From Protoeuglena noctilucae (lineage: Eukaryota), in NCBI GenBank assembly GCA_958009085.1, contig OY253688.1, positions 372,001-436,000 of the forward strand: DNA of 64,000 nucleotides, written 5' to 3'. The stretch's first letter is position 1, and the number at the start of each line of letters is the position of its first letter. Made by a program: the position numbers and the translations under genes. The notes below the pieces were generated by a model that had not been told where the DNA came from, searched no databases, and was given only the letters and a program-made list of their open reading frames with translations. Below, in pieces: positions 26,873 to 37,645 of the stretch.

Positions 26873-28727
26873 ATGACGGGTATGGGGCGCCTGGCCGCGC
26901 CTCGCGCTCGAATCGCCGCCTGCCACCACGCCCTTGGCGGTGCAGTACTGCGTCATCGAGCTCTTTTGCAGCCTACCCTTCGGGCCCTCTCGGAGGTCTC
27001 CCAGCAAGGAGGTCGCCCCGCTGCAGCGTCACGCCGGCCGCGGCAGCCTCTCCGCGAGAGGACGCCGCGCTACGTAACGCCGATTGGAACGCTGCAAAAG
27101 GTGTGCTCAGCGCACCGACAGGAGGCATTCGCTTGCGGCGGGGAGGGCGAGCTTTTCACCGGGGCTTGCAACCTGCCCCTTTCTGCAGGTGTATGAGCAC
27201 ATGATGCGCGTGACGGAGAGCGTCGGCCACTCGCTCGAAGAAGACGGAGGGCCTGGCCCATCTGACTTGGACAGGGAGATGCAGTACCTGTGGGAGGACG
27301 CCGTGGACGCCATCGCTGAAGTGTCGGCCCAGCCGAGCCCAAGCGCCGACAGCGAGAAGGGAAGCGAGAAGGGAGGCGAGTGGCGCGCCGGCAGTGTATC
27401 CGCCGATGCACGGCGAGTTCGCAGCACAAGCGACCCCGCTTGTCCCTCTTGCAGCGGGTGCCGTGCCGTGGCGTGCGGTGGCGTGGCCCGAGCTGTCGCA
27501 GCTGTTGGCGAGCGGCGGCCGGGGACGTCATCACACGCGCTCCTACGTCGAGGTTCGACTCCGCGCGGACCCCGGGGAGATTCGCTCCATGTGGGACCGT
27601 CGCATTTTGGACCGGGAGCCCTTACAGTACCTCACGTCGTCTGCGGACTGGCGTGACTTCGTCGTGTCCGTGGGGCCCGGGGTGCTCATTCCGCGACCCG
27701 GTGAGTGCTGTCCCGTGGCGGGCATTGATGAAATCGACGGGCGGCTGTGACTTTCTGCAGCAATGTGGAGTTCTGGCCACAGTGCGCTTTGCAGCTGTGC
27801 TGCGAGAGCCACAGATGCTTTTGCACGTTTGCAGAGACTGAGATTCTCGTTGACCTGGCCTGTGACTTCTACCAGTCGCCCGAGGGCCAGGCGTTGGCCG
27901 ACACCCCACTCGCCGACCTCGGTTGCGGGTCAGGCGTGATTGGCCTCGCCATGGCACGGAGCGCCGATTTCCGGGGTCGCGTGGTGGCCGTGGATCGATC
28001 GCCAGACGCGGTGGCCCACACACGGTACAACGCGGAGCGGCTGGGCTTGCAGGCGAAGCTGGATGTGCGGCAAGGCAGCTGGCTGGAGCCCATCGCTGCC
28101 GACACCCTCCTGGCGGGCAAGCTCGGGGCGATCGTGTCCAATCCGCCCTACATCCCCCCGGCAAGGCTGGTGAGGGCTGCCAGCTGGGGTTCTTGCGCCA
28201 GTCACGCCATGGACGTTTGGACGGCCCGGCGGGGGTGCCAAGGTCCAAGCCGCTTGCTGTGATTCGTTTCGCTCCACGTTGCCATGGATATGATGGCTGA
28301 GCCTACCCGTGTTGTTGAAATCTTACTTTGGCCCCATGCGGTGCTGCCCTGTCGCAGATGCTGCTGCAGGCGGAGGTTAGGGACCACGAGCCGGCGGTCT
28401 CCCTGGACGGTGGTGGGGAGGATGGGACGAGTGACTTGCGGTGAGACGAGTGGGGTGGAGAACCTGGGGAGTCTATGTGCGCCACGGGTTGTGATTCTGC
28501 TCGTCTCTGGGCCCGTGCTGCGCAGGACCATCATCGCCGGGGCTCAGGCGCACCTGCTGTCTGGGGGCCTACTAGCGCTCGAGACGGACGGAGGCCGTCA
28601 GGCACACCTGATCGCGGATGTCCTGAAGAGCTCGCGGGACGAGGGCGACAGGCCCGCTTTCCGGGACGTCAAGGTCACGCGGGACTATTCGTGGATAGAC
28701 CGCTTTGTCACCGCCATCCGGACGTGA
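26873..28727 (+). CDS. hemK: HemK/PrmC release-factor glutamine methyltransferase, organellar; multi-exon
   Basis: EPLQYL, VLIPRP|ETE, DLGCGSG, SNPPYIP. Confidence 0.9.
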
Positions 28728-29134
28728 TGGCGCCTGTTTATCCACTATCCTGGCCTCGCCCTTCCCTTTTCCTCAACCTTTCCCCCTTCCTTTTGGCAAT
28801 TTCTCATAGCCACAGACCGTCAGTTCTGTCTCGTGGCCACTCGAACGCAGCTCTGCAAAGGCTTTGCAGGCGATCCCAGCAACACCATCGCCCAACCTCA
28901 CCCTTTCCCCCCTCACGCTCAGCGTAAACTCCTTTTTCTCCGCGGCATAGTACGTCAGCACATTCTCTCTTTAAAAAAAAAAGAGCGACGCGCATGACAC
29001 GACGTGGAAAGTCTCAAACACTCGCCTACTGGCAAAACAAGGACCCTCTTTGGGGAAAAACGGACATCGCATACACATTCATGTGGCAGTCTCAGGCGTT
29101 CCATTGAACTGAACTGCAGCTCCACTCCGTCTGT

Positions 29135-30636
29135 TCACTGGGTGAGGTTGTTCAGCTCCTGGTATGCACGGAACAGGAGCCATAGGACACCCAGGACGGC
29201 CGCGTAGCTGACGGCGTCGCTGAAGCGCCGCTCGTCGTCGTTCTGGCCCTGGAAAAACTTGGTCGGGTCGCTGGGCATCCCGCGGTAGTCCAGCTCGACT
29301 GCAGTTATGGTTAGGATAGGGTACGTCAAATGTGATGTGAGCCGAGGTGCACGGAGTTGCCACAGCCCACACACGTCCTGACACCGGCACCGGAAGGTCA
29401 GGCCAGTGGCAAACACTCAGGTCCGTCATTGGCGAAGAAACGCATGGCAGCATCCAGGCTGGCACTCACGACTGCTGTTGCCCTCATCCCTGGACCCCGT
29501 CAGAAGCTCGTCCGCCTGCTTGCTGACGTCTTGAAGGCCCATCTTGGCGGACCAAGCGAGGCGGAGGGCCTTGTATGCCACGGCACCGGGTCTGGGGCGA
29601 GGCATGGATGAACATACGAATCAGCATGCGACTCGCCAACTTGCAAACACATGGCAACACATGGTGCGAAACGGGGCGGGTTGGGTTGCTCCATGCCATG
29701 CAATGGCGACTGTACGACGCACCCTGTGGCTGTCCACTCGGACCGATGGTCCTCAATCTTGCCAGTCACGAGGTTGAGCCTGATCGTGTCCTTGCAGTCG
29801 AGCGTGACGTCGAGGCCCTTGACCTTCCCGACGATGATGTACTGCGGCCGACAAAGCAGGTGTGGCCTCGCCCCACAGGTCCCGCAGCAACCGTCGCATG
29901 GTGCACCATTGCCTTCCCTAGGTGGGCGCAGCGTTGGGACACACTTGCAGAGAGTGTGTTAAGCCATGGCACGCTGCACCAGTTCCAGCTGCCCCAGCTC
30001 ACCTCAATCTCTGCTTGGTCCGTGCCGTTCCCCACCATCAGCAAGCTCAGGACCGTGCCCCTGGGCCCCTCTAGTGTGTCCTTGTTGAAGGTCAGCGTCC
30101 GGTATCCCCCAGCACCGCGGAACCTCCGCGCGCCGTCGCTGTATGTCACCTTCTGCCCCGCGAGCGAGGGGCTGAAGACAAGACGCTGGGACAAGTCCCG
30201 GGCCAGCGACTGCAGGAGCGACGCGAGCTGATGGGAATTGCGACCGTCAGATGGGCGCTGCGAGATTGCACCCGGATGGTTTGCTCACCCGGATGGTTTG
30301 CTCGACGGCCGGGCTGCTCGTGCAGACAAAGTCGTCACATGGAGAGGGGAGGCCCTCGATGCTGATGTCCGCCACGCTGGTGCCTGCGCGGTCGCGCGAT
30401 CCCACAGCAGCTACACCTGCGAGGACCAAGAAGCTAAGCTCCCAACCTGCCATCCGCGTCGTGGGTGCACACGCGGGCGAGGAAATTTGCCGCAGCCACC
30501 ACTGCCATGGGTGCACCGCGGTCGCGCATGCGGGGCCCTAATCCTCACCTCTACGGCTCCGCGATACATGAGGTCGACGATCTTGCTGGATGAGTGGGCG
30601 GAGGCCACCGAGTGCCGCTAGCGCGGCGACGGCCAT
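29135..30636 (-). CDS. Conserved hypothetical algal protein (probable plastid transit peptide, possibly SnoaL/NTF2-like); multi-exon
   Basis: Exons with strong codon bias (DDFVCTSSPAVEQTI; VTYSDGARRF; C-terminal hydrophobic AAVLGVLWLLF) bounded by GT-AG sites. Confidence 0.5.
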
Positions 30637-30916
30637 TGTCGGCCAAGGGAACGATTCGGCGAGCGCGTCGCGCAACGCTGGGTCCGGGAGGCGTGGGGCT
30701 GGACGTCTCTGGATGCACGGGCCTTGCCTGTATTTCAACGCAGATGTCGAAGGGCAGGCCGGCTCGGCGGAGAGAAAGTTACTGCAACTTAAGTCTGGCA
30801 AGCATTTCTTGCGTGTCCGCTCAGCTCCTGCTCCCAGCGGCTCGTCCGTGGATTCTGACCAAATTGTGCGGCGTTTGGAGGGGACGCTGTTGCTCAGGGA
30901 GGTCTCTGTTTGGCCA

Positions 30917-33900
30917 TGAGTGCGTTGCAAAGGTTGTTCAGGGCGCAGCCGGTTCGCCGGCAGGACTTGACCGCTGCTCCAGCTTGTCGCCGGGTACGAG
31001 GGCGAGAGAGCCGCGGGAGCATGGCCCTTGAGGCGCGCGGCTCCCTACTGCCTGCGGCGGCTCCCCGGCATGCCGTCCCCCGCGTGTGCGAGTACCTTGA
31101 CCGACTCTCTCCCGTCGCAGTCTCGACGATGGGTGGGTGAGCCCCAAACGAGGCAGCTCCTGGGAGCGGGGCGGGATCCTCGCGGCAGCCGGGCGGCCCC
31201 CCTGCGTTCTTCCAACGATGATTCTGCGGGGGTAGGGGCCCGATCGAAGGCCGACAGGAACATGGAAGAGGAGGGCGCTGCCGCCGAGGAAGAGGAGCCA
31301 GCGGGGGTGTGTGGGCCGCTGGGAGAAACGTGCCGCGCCACTTCCAGCCTCGTGCACGCAATTTCGCGATGCAGAGGCCGTTGCTGCCCGCAGTGGGAGA
31401 ACGAGCCGTCGTTTGACGAGCTAGAGCTTAGCCCAGAGCTGTATGAGGAGCTCGGCGTGGACGAGGAGCAGCTCGAAGACGACCTGGCCTTTGCAGCCAC
31501 CGATATGGACCCCCTGGGGCACGTTGCCGCGCCCGCTTGGCTCGCGGAAGGCATGACTCATTGCTGCTGCTGCTGCATATTCCGCGGGCGTATCAGAAAG
31601 CTTACGCTAAACACAAGGCGTCCTTCGTCTCGCAGGAAGGACGTCTTATGGACCGAGGTGGACCCGGAGGACGTGGAGATGCAGGATGCTTTGCGAAAGG
31701 ACGCTTTTGATGCGCCTGGCGTCGGACCGCGTTGTGTTCTGGCGGCAGGGCTGCGCTTGGGGGAAGCCGCCGTCGTCCGTGCGTCTTTGGACCGTATGGG
31801 CATGCAGGACGTCAAGGTGATCGCGGGATGCGTACCTGCGGGCTGCTATGTTGACTATCTGCACCACCCGCACGCTAGGCCGGCCCTGCGCTCTGTGATA
31901 GGCCCATGTGGCATTGCGAATGAGGCTCCTGAAGCGCCCATCTCTCTCGGGCCTTCAGGTGATTCCCGTGCACGGGGACATGCTGTACATGCCGGCGAGC
32001 GAGGCCTTGGGCGTCCCGGAGCCCGACTGGGAGCAGCCTGCGCCTGACGTCAAGAAGTCGGGCGGGTGGGGCGCCCAGCGCACCGTCCTCCTGAGGTGTG
32101 TGCCGCGGAAGATTAAAGCACGTTTGCGACTCGGCATACGCGCCGATCGATCGACCGATCGTTGTTGCGCCGTTCTATCCGTTTTCTCGTCTCGTGTTCC
32201 GTCTGCAGCGGCCTCTCTGGCAACGAGCAGATGCGCGTGGTGGACCTGCTGGAGTCTGCGGGACTCCCCGGCGTCTGCGTGGCCGTGTTCGAGGACGGCG
32301 ATGCGCGGCGGCAGCTCGGGTCGCTGCTGGGAGAGGCCGTGCAGGAGCAGCGGGGCTTCCTTGATGATAACAGAGGACCTGTCGGGGAGGGCGACCGTAT
32401 ACAGAGAGGCCTGCCCAACATCCGCGACGTGCTGACGGACGAGGTGGTGCGGAAGCGCATGGCCGAGCCCGACATTCAAGAGTTCCTGGGCAACTCTGCG
32501 CCGGCCAGGGGCGCGAGCGGTGCGGGGGAGGGGTCGGCCAAGGCAACGACACCGCCTGTCCCGATTCGCGTCGACGTGCGGAGTCGCGACGGGGTCATTT
32601 CCAGCAGCTCTGCCGTCATGGGGACTTCCGGAGCTCGCGAGCGCGAGTCTGTGGGTCTGGGTGGGGGCAAGGGGTTTCAGGAGGCTTCACGTGCAGGGTT
32701 GGATAAGTCCAGCGCGAGCTCAGCGGCTGAGACTGAGGCTCTTGGTCGGCAGCGAACTGGGGACGGTGCAGGGGCCCGCTCTGAGGTTGCCAGTCGCGAC
32801 AGGGTGTCAAAGGCAAGGGCGGACGATCGTGAATACGGCCCTGAGCTTCCGCCTTCCTTTTTCATCCAGCCCTTGGGAGTGACGCTGAAAGACGGCACGG
32901 TCCGGAAACCGGGGGAGGTGGCCCCGCGGGCGGCGAGTGCAGATGCGGCACGTGGGGCAGAGGGTCCCATGGGGCCGGCCCTGCCCCCACAGCAGGGGCA
33001 GGGGGACAGCGGCACTGGCGCTCCGGCCGCGGCAGCTGCGGACGGTGGTGCGCAGGGGGGAGCACGTGCGGGCGCCGCTGCTCCGTCGGGGCCTGGGTCG
33101 CAGGGACCGAGTCGAACTCCACCGGCGGACGCTGCTGCTTCGGACCCGGTGTTGCAGTTCTCTGCCTCTGAAGGGGCCGAGGCGTTCTGGAAACGCGCGA
33201 TGGAGAGGAAGGTGCGGAGGTTAGGGGCCGCTTGGATTCCCCAGCACGGTATCCTCAGCACGTTGCGTGGGACTGGATGACGGATAAACATGTGCTTGGC
33301 GCAGAGCAACCTGTCCGTGTCACAGGGTGAGATGTGGGGCGAGACTTGACCTTTTCCGCTTGTCGAGAACGCAGGTGCCCTCGGAGGCGGAGCATGAGGC
33401 GTTAGGGGCTTTGGACGCGGTGTTCGAGGCCGGTGGGGTGAAGCCCCCGGAAGCCGACAGCCGGGAGGGCGGGGAGGAGAAGGAGTGGGATTACGACAGG
33501 ATGACGATCGCGGAGGACTCGCCGCTGCTCGCGCTGATGCGCCTCACCGATGCCTCTCCCAGCGCAGCGACGGAGGCAAGTGTGGCGTGCTGGGGCATAC
33601 CCTGGCGGGCATCGCAACCATGGGATTGGATGGGTTGCGACCGGAAGCGCAAGTCACGCGCTGTGGCTGCGGCCAATACTACCAGCCGCGTGGGTCGGTG
33701 GATGAAGAGGCGTCGCTTTGTCAGCATGAGACATGGTCCATGTAGCCGCTTCGCTGGCCTGCAGGCGCCTACGGTGGAGCCGGAGAGTCCCCCGACGCCC
33801 GCTCAGCTGGAGGCGGCGCGCTTGTTCGGCGTGGACATTGCTGGATACCGAGAGAGCATGCGGCAGCTCCGGAACGATGCGATGGGTGTCCCGTCAGGGA

Positions 33901-34474
33901 TGGACCCACGGGAGCTTTTCAGCCAGCCTGGATTGCTGGATCGTGCTGCGGAGTCCGAGGCCGTTGCTGGCGTGGACAGCCTGCTGGATGCGGTGCGGCC
34001 GACGGAGGCGGAGGTGACCCGCAAGGTCGCGTCCATGCTTAAGATGGGCGCGGACCAGGCCACGCTCGCGGCCGCCACGACGCGGGTGCTGCTCCGAGCG
34101 GGGATGGACATGGACGACCTGGTAGCGATCGTCGAGCAGGCGAGGCGCGACGCAGAGTGCACGTGTTGGCTACAGCGAAGCAGGGGCGCCGAATGTGGAT
34201 GCCGACGTGTCGCCGCCCGCAGGCTTACCAAGACCTGCTCGTGCGCAAGGCGGTGCCGCCCCGGCGTTCCGTTCGAGTCAAGCTCGAGGAATACGCGTCC
34301 ACGGATGTGACCGACGAGGACGCACCGACAGCCGAGGAGACGCAGGGGACGGGGGCGAGCCAGGTCGCCACTCTCACGTTGTCGCAGCTGAGGGACATCG
34401 CGGAGAAGCGGGATCTTTCTCTGGAGGACCTGCTCGAGGACGCGCGCAAGAAGGGCGTGGAAATCCGGGATTAG
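30917..34474 (+). CDS. DUF3783-like protein with a long low-complexity extension; multi-exon
   Basis: RCVLAAGL...GMQDVKVI...GGWGAQRTVLL|SGLSGNEQMRVVDLLESAGLP; final exon ends at 34474. Confidence 0.6.
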
Positions 34475-34691
34475 GGTTACGTAGTGTGCCAGTAGGGCTC
34501 AGCAAGCGAGGTGTTTGCTGGCCGCAATCCCTTGAGATGTGCGCATTTGTGCCCCGATTCGCCCTCTTACTCGTGTGCCTGGGCGTCCTGGAGCCGCGGT
34601 TTTTTGACGGGCACTCTCGAGACCCGCGTGTTCGGTGATCGACTTGACCGTCGAAGGACCCTCGGGGCTTCGAAAGAGATATCTTGCTGCG

Positions 34692-34697
34692 TATAAA
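34692..34697 (+). promoter_or_regulatory. Putative host TATA box, separated from its gene by the viral insertion
   Basis: TATAAA in very GC-rich DNA, about 70 nt upstream of the CRAL-TRIO ATG in the reconstructed empty site. Confidence 0.5.
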
Positions 34698-34757
34698 TAG
34701 CGGGGGCGCGACGCGCCCGTCCTCTCTGCGCCCGAGGGTGCGGGGGGCGAAGGGCGC

Positions 34758-34761
34758 TGAC
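34758..34761 (+). repeat. Target-site duplication TGAC (left copy)
   Basis: gcgc-TGAC-AGCAGTAG; the same 4-mer occurs at 57857-57860. Confidence 0.85.
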
Positions 34762-35070
34762 AGCAGTAGGAGGACTTGCGCAGTTCGGGCCCGGTCCGGC
34801 CCCCGTCCGACCCCGTCCCACCCGGTCCGGACCTGGCGTCTGCACGTTCTTTTCTGTTTTTTTAACAAATAATTTCCCGCAAAAACTACGCCCAACTGCG
34901 CGCGACGGATTTTCCCGTCAAAAACCCTGTAAGAAACAACCCCCGAAACCGCGCGAAAACCGTCGAAATATCCCGGCGCGATCCCCGCGCGATCTCTGCG
35001 CGATCTCCGCACGACTCCTGCGGGACTTCGGCACGACTTCTGCGGGACTTCTGCACGCCGAAACCACGGG
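34762..35070 (+). repeat. Left terminal inverted repeat (309 bp)
   Basis: Reverse complement of 57548-57856; no mismatch seen by eye. Confidence 0.95.
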
Positions 35071-35440
35071 AAATACCGTCTTCCGGCCCTCGTCCGACAG
35101 CAGCGAGCCCCCGTCCGACAGCAGCGAGCCCTTGCACGACCCCGGCGGGACTCCGGCGCGACTTCTGCACGACCCCGGCTGGGGGCCCGGGCCCCTCACC
35201 GCGCGACCCCCGCGCGACCCCGGCGGGACTTCTGCGGGACTTCTGCACGCCGAAACCACGGGAAATACCGTCATTCCAGCAACAGAGAGCCCCCGTCCGA
35301 CAGCAGCGAGCCCTTGCACGACCCCGGCGGGACTCCGGCGCGACTTCGGCGGGGCTTCGGCGCGACCCCGGCGGGAGTCCGGCGGGACTTCTGCGGGACT
35401 TCTGCGGGACTTCTGCGCGCCGGAACCCCCGGAAACACTG
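35035..35440 (+). repeat. Left subterminal repeat array (~192-bp duplication built from ~11-bp CTGCGGGACTT-like units)
   Basis: GACTTCTGCGGGACTTCTGCACGCCGAAACCACGGGAAATACCGTC occurs at 35035 and 35227. Confidence 0.85.
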
Positions 35441-35467
35441 TGTCCCGGCCCTTCTCCGGCAACGTCC

Positions 35468-35722
35468 TCACTTCCCCACCGCCAGGGCCTTCCCCAGCGC
35501 CTGCCCCACCAGCTCCGCGTGCCACCGAGCCTCGGCGTCCTTGCCCGGCTTCAGCGTCGTGGTGGTCGGGGACCGCTTGCGCCCCGGGGGCCATAGCATG
35601 AGCCCGCCGCGGAAGTAGCTGTGCGGCACGGGCTCCGCGGGGTACGGCAGCGTGCAGCCGCTCTTGTCCTCGTACTGCGGGACGACCGCCCTTATCTGCC
35701 TGCTCAACGGGTTGGCCTGCAT
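35468..35722 (-). CDS. PLV hypothetical protein, 84 aa
   Basis: ATG ORF downstream of the MCP with coding-like bias and an upstream ATTTTT tract. Confidence 0.55.
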   Translation of the reverse strand: MQANPLSRQIRAVVPQYEDKSGCTLPYPAEPVPHSYFRGGLMLWPPGRKRSPTTTTLKPGKDAEARWHAELVGQALGKALAVGK

Positions 35723-35767
35723 TGGTCAGCTCCTGCCCTCCCCGAGGAAAAATGTGGCACTGACGCT

Positions 35768-36946
35768 TCACTCCGTCTGCGACAGCTCGCCCGTCTCCGT
35801 GTCAATAGTGAGGGACTTCGTACACTCCAGAGCGACCACCAGCACGGCGTCCGTGGCGAAGCCCGGCGTCGTGGCGTGCACGATGATGGGCGAGGCGATG
35901 TAATAGGTGCTCACGCCCGAAACCAGCCCCGTGGACTGCGCCCCGGGCAGGCAGAGGTTGTAGATGGAGGCCCAGTAGTCGGTCCGCCACAGCGCCGTGG
36001 TGATGGCGTCGTTCTGGATGCCGCCGAAGCCACCGGGGCCATCCATGGCCAGGGCTGAGTCCGTGTTCGCGCGAATCTCCCCCTGCGCCTCTTGCAGCGA
36101 CCAGCTGTTGAGCAAGGTCCCTCCGAGCTCCACGTTGATCAGGCCGTTCGCGTCATACAGGCTCTTGAAGAACTCGCCCGCCGTGGTCTGGTAGGCTGGG
36201 GCCGAGCAGAAGACCATGATCTTGTCCAGCGACTCCGATGCCTTGGTGATAGGGAAATCGATCCCCGAGGCCTGGAAGGACGGGGACGTATAGGAGGAGA
36301 TGCTCTTGAAGGGCACCTTCAGGTGCTTGACCGACCGCAGCGCGCGCCGGTACGTGTCCTGCGCGAAGCTCACCCCCTCGAACGTGAGGTAGCAATTGGT
36401 GACCCCGCTGACCGCAGGCGAGGTCCCGCCGGTGAGCGTCGTGATCGCGGTGAGGTCGGCCAGCGTCAGTGTGAGGGTGGTGTTCCGGAACGTCGAGAGG
36501 TCGAGGTACCGCTGATGCGTGCCGCTGAGCAGGCCGTACGCGAACCCCTGCACGATCGCGGGGCCGCTCAGGATGTCCACGTTCCACGAGTAGGGCTGGC
36601 TCGCCTGCTTGGCTGTGGGCCAGGTCAGCTGCTTGAGCTGGCTAACGACCTTGCCGTACCGCGGCAGCTGCGTCACGCCGTACCCGCTCACGGCGATGTC
36701 CACCTGGCGGATGATGGCGTCGGCGACGGGGATAACGGCGGCCGTGGGCGCCCCAGACACCGAGAGTGTGAAGTACATCTTTATGGAGCGGAGGTCCATG
36801 ATGACCGGGGGCAGGTTGAACTGAATGACCTCGCCGGAGGCCTTGGTGCCCGAGGCGGTCCATGGGACGCGGACGGTCGATCGGCTGATGCTGTCCATCA
36901 GGCGCTGCGCCCGAAAGCTCAGTACTTTGGGGAGCGCGTCGCTCAT
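35768..36946 (-). CDS. PLV major capsid protein (double jelly-roll type)
   Basis: 392 aa, beta-rich; N-terminus LPKVLSFRAQRLMDSISRSTVRV...VIQFNLPPVIMDLRSI resembles PLV MCPs; lies near the ATPase and penton. Confidence 0.8.
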   Translation of the reverse strand: MSDALPKVLSFRAQRLMDSISRSTVRVPWTASGTKASGEVIQFNLPPVIMDLRSIKMYFTLSVSGAPTAAVIPVADAIIRQVDIAVSGYGVTQLPRYGKVVSQLKQLTWPTAKQASQPYSWNVDILSGPAIVQGFAYGLLSGTHQRYLDLSTFRNTTLTLTLADLTAITTLTGGTSPAVSGVTNCYLTFEGVSFAQDTYRRALRSVKHLKVPFKSISSYTSPSFQASGIDFPITKASESLDKIMVFCSAPAYQTTAGEFFKSLYDANGLINVELGGTLLNSWSLQEAQGEIRANTDSALAMDGPGGFGGIQNDAITTALWRTDYWASIYNLCLPGAQSTGLVSGVSTYYIASPIIVHATTPGFATDAVLVVALECTKSLTIDTETGELSQTE

Positions 36947-36977
36947 TCTCCGCTGTCTGCCCTCGGGCAGATAAAAA

Positions 36978-37625
36978 TCAGCGCATCCACTGTTCCAGGC
37001 CGTGCCCGATCCTGTCCGCGAAGTCGGGGCCAGAGCCTGCTCTGTTCACCACCACCCATGTGGCGCGCCGGCTGCCCGGGCGCAGCCATCGGTCGAGCAG
37101 GGTCTCGGCGAAGATGGGGTCGCGTTTGTTCCCGCAGATGGTCATGCCCGGGCGGTAGAGGAGGTCGCTCCACGGCATGCGGGGGGGGACGTAGGGTTCG
37201 AAGGCGAAGCACTGCCCTCCGGTCGCGTAGCAGGCCCGGAGGGCGCACGTCCCGCCCAGGCTGTGACCCACGTGTATCGTGAGCGGGCTGGGGTCGGACG
37301 TGTCCGACCCGCCCACGGCCCTCCGGGCGTAGTCGACGGCCTGCTGGCACCTGTCCTTGACCTTGGGCCCCAGGGGCATGAGGAAGGTCCGCAGCGTCCC
37401 TCCCGTGATGAAGAGCTGCAGGTCCGTGGCCAGGTCGGACATGTCGCGCACGTCCGTGCCCCGATACGCGATGACCTGCGTGGTATCCCCAGGCCGCTTG
37501 AAGAGGGCGATCGTGCCGGTCGTGTGCTGCATCTCCCAGCCGTCCACGTGCCTCTGGCCCGTGTAGACGGCCTTGGCGAGCCGCGCGGCCGTCCGGATGT
37601 CCATGCTTGTTGAACTCCAGCCCAT
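36978..37625 (-). CDS. Lipase (class 3 alpha/beta hydrolase); start may be 37604
   Basis: IAYRGTD...DLATD and nucleophile elbow GHSLGG; DPI (catalytic Asp); C-terminal GH. Confidence 0.85.
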   Translation of the reverse strand: MGWSSTSMDIRTAARLAKAVYTGQRHVDGWEMQHTTGTIALFKRPGDTTQVIAYRGTDVRDMSDLATDLQLFITGGTLRTFLMPLGPKVKDRCQQAVDYARRAVGGSDTSDPSPLTIHVGHSLGGTCALRACYATGGQCFAFEPYVPPRMPWSDLLYRPGMTICGNKRDPIFAETLLDRWLRPGSRRATWVVVNRAGSGPDFADRIGHGLEQWMR

Positions 37626-37645
37626 ATTTTCTGACGCACGTCAAG

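Noticed and set aside
34980..35440. Short repeats resembling a CRISPR array
   Set aside because: Units are contiguous and degenerate with no unique spacers and no cas genes; they belong to the TIR and subterminal region.
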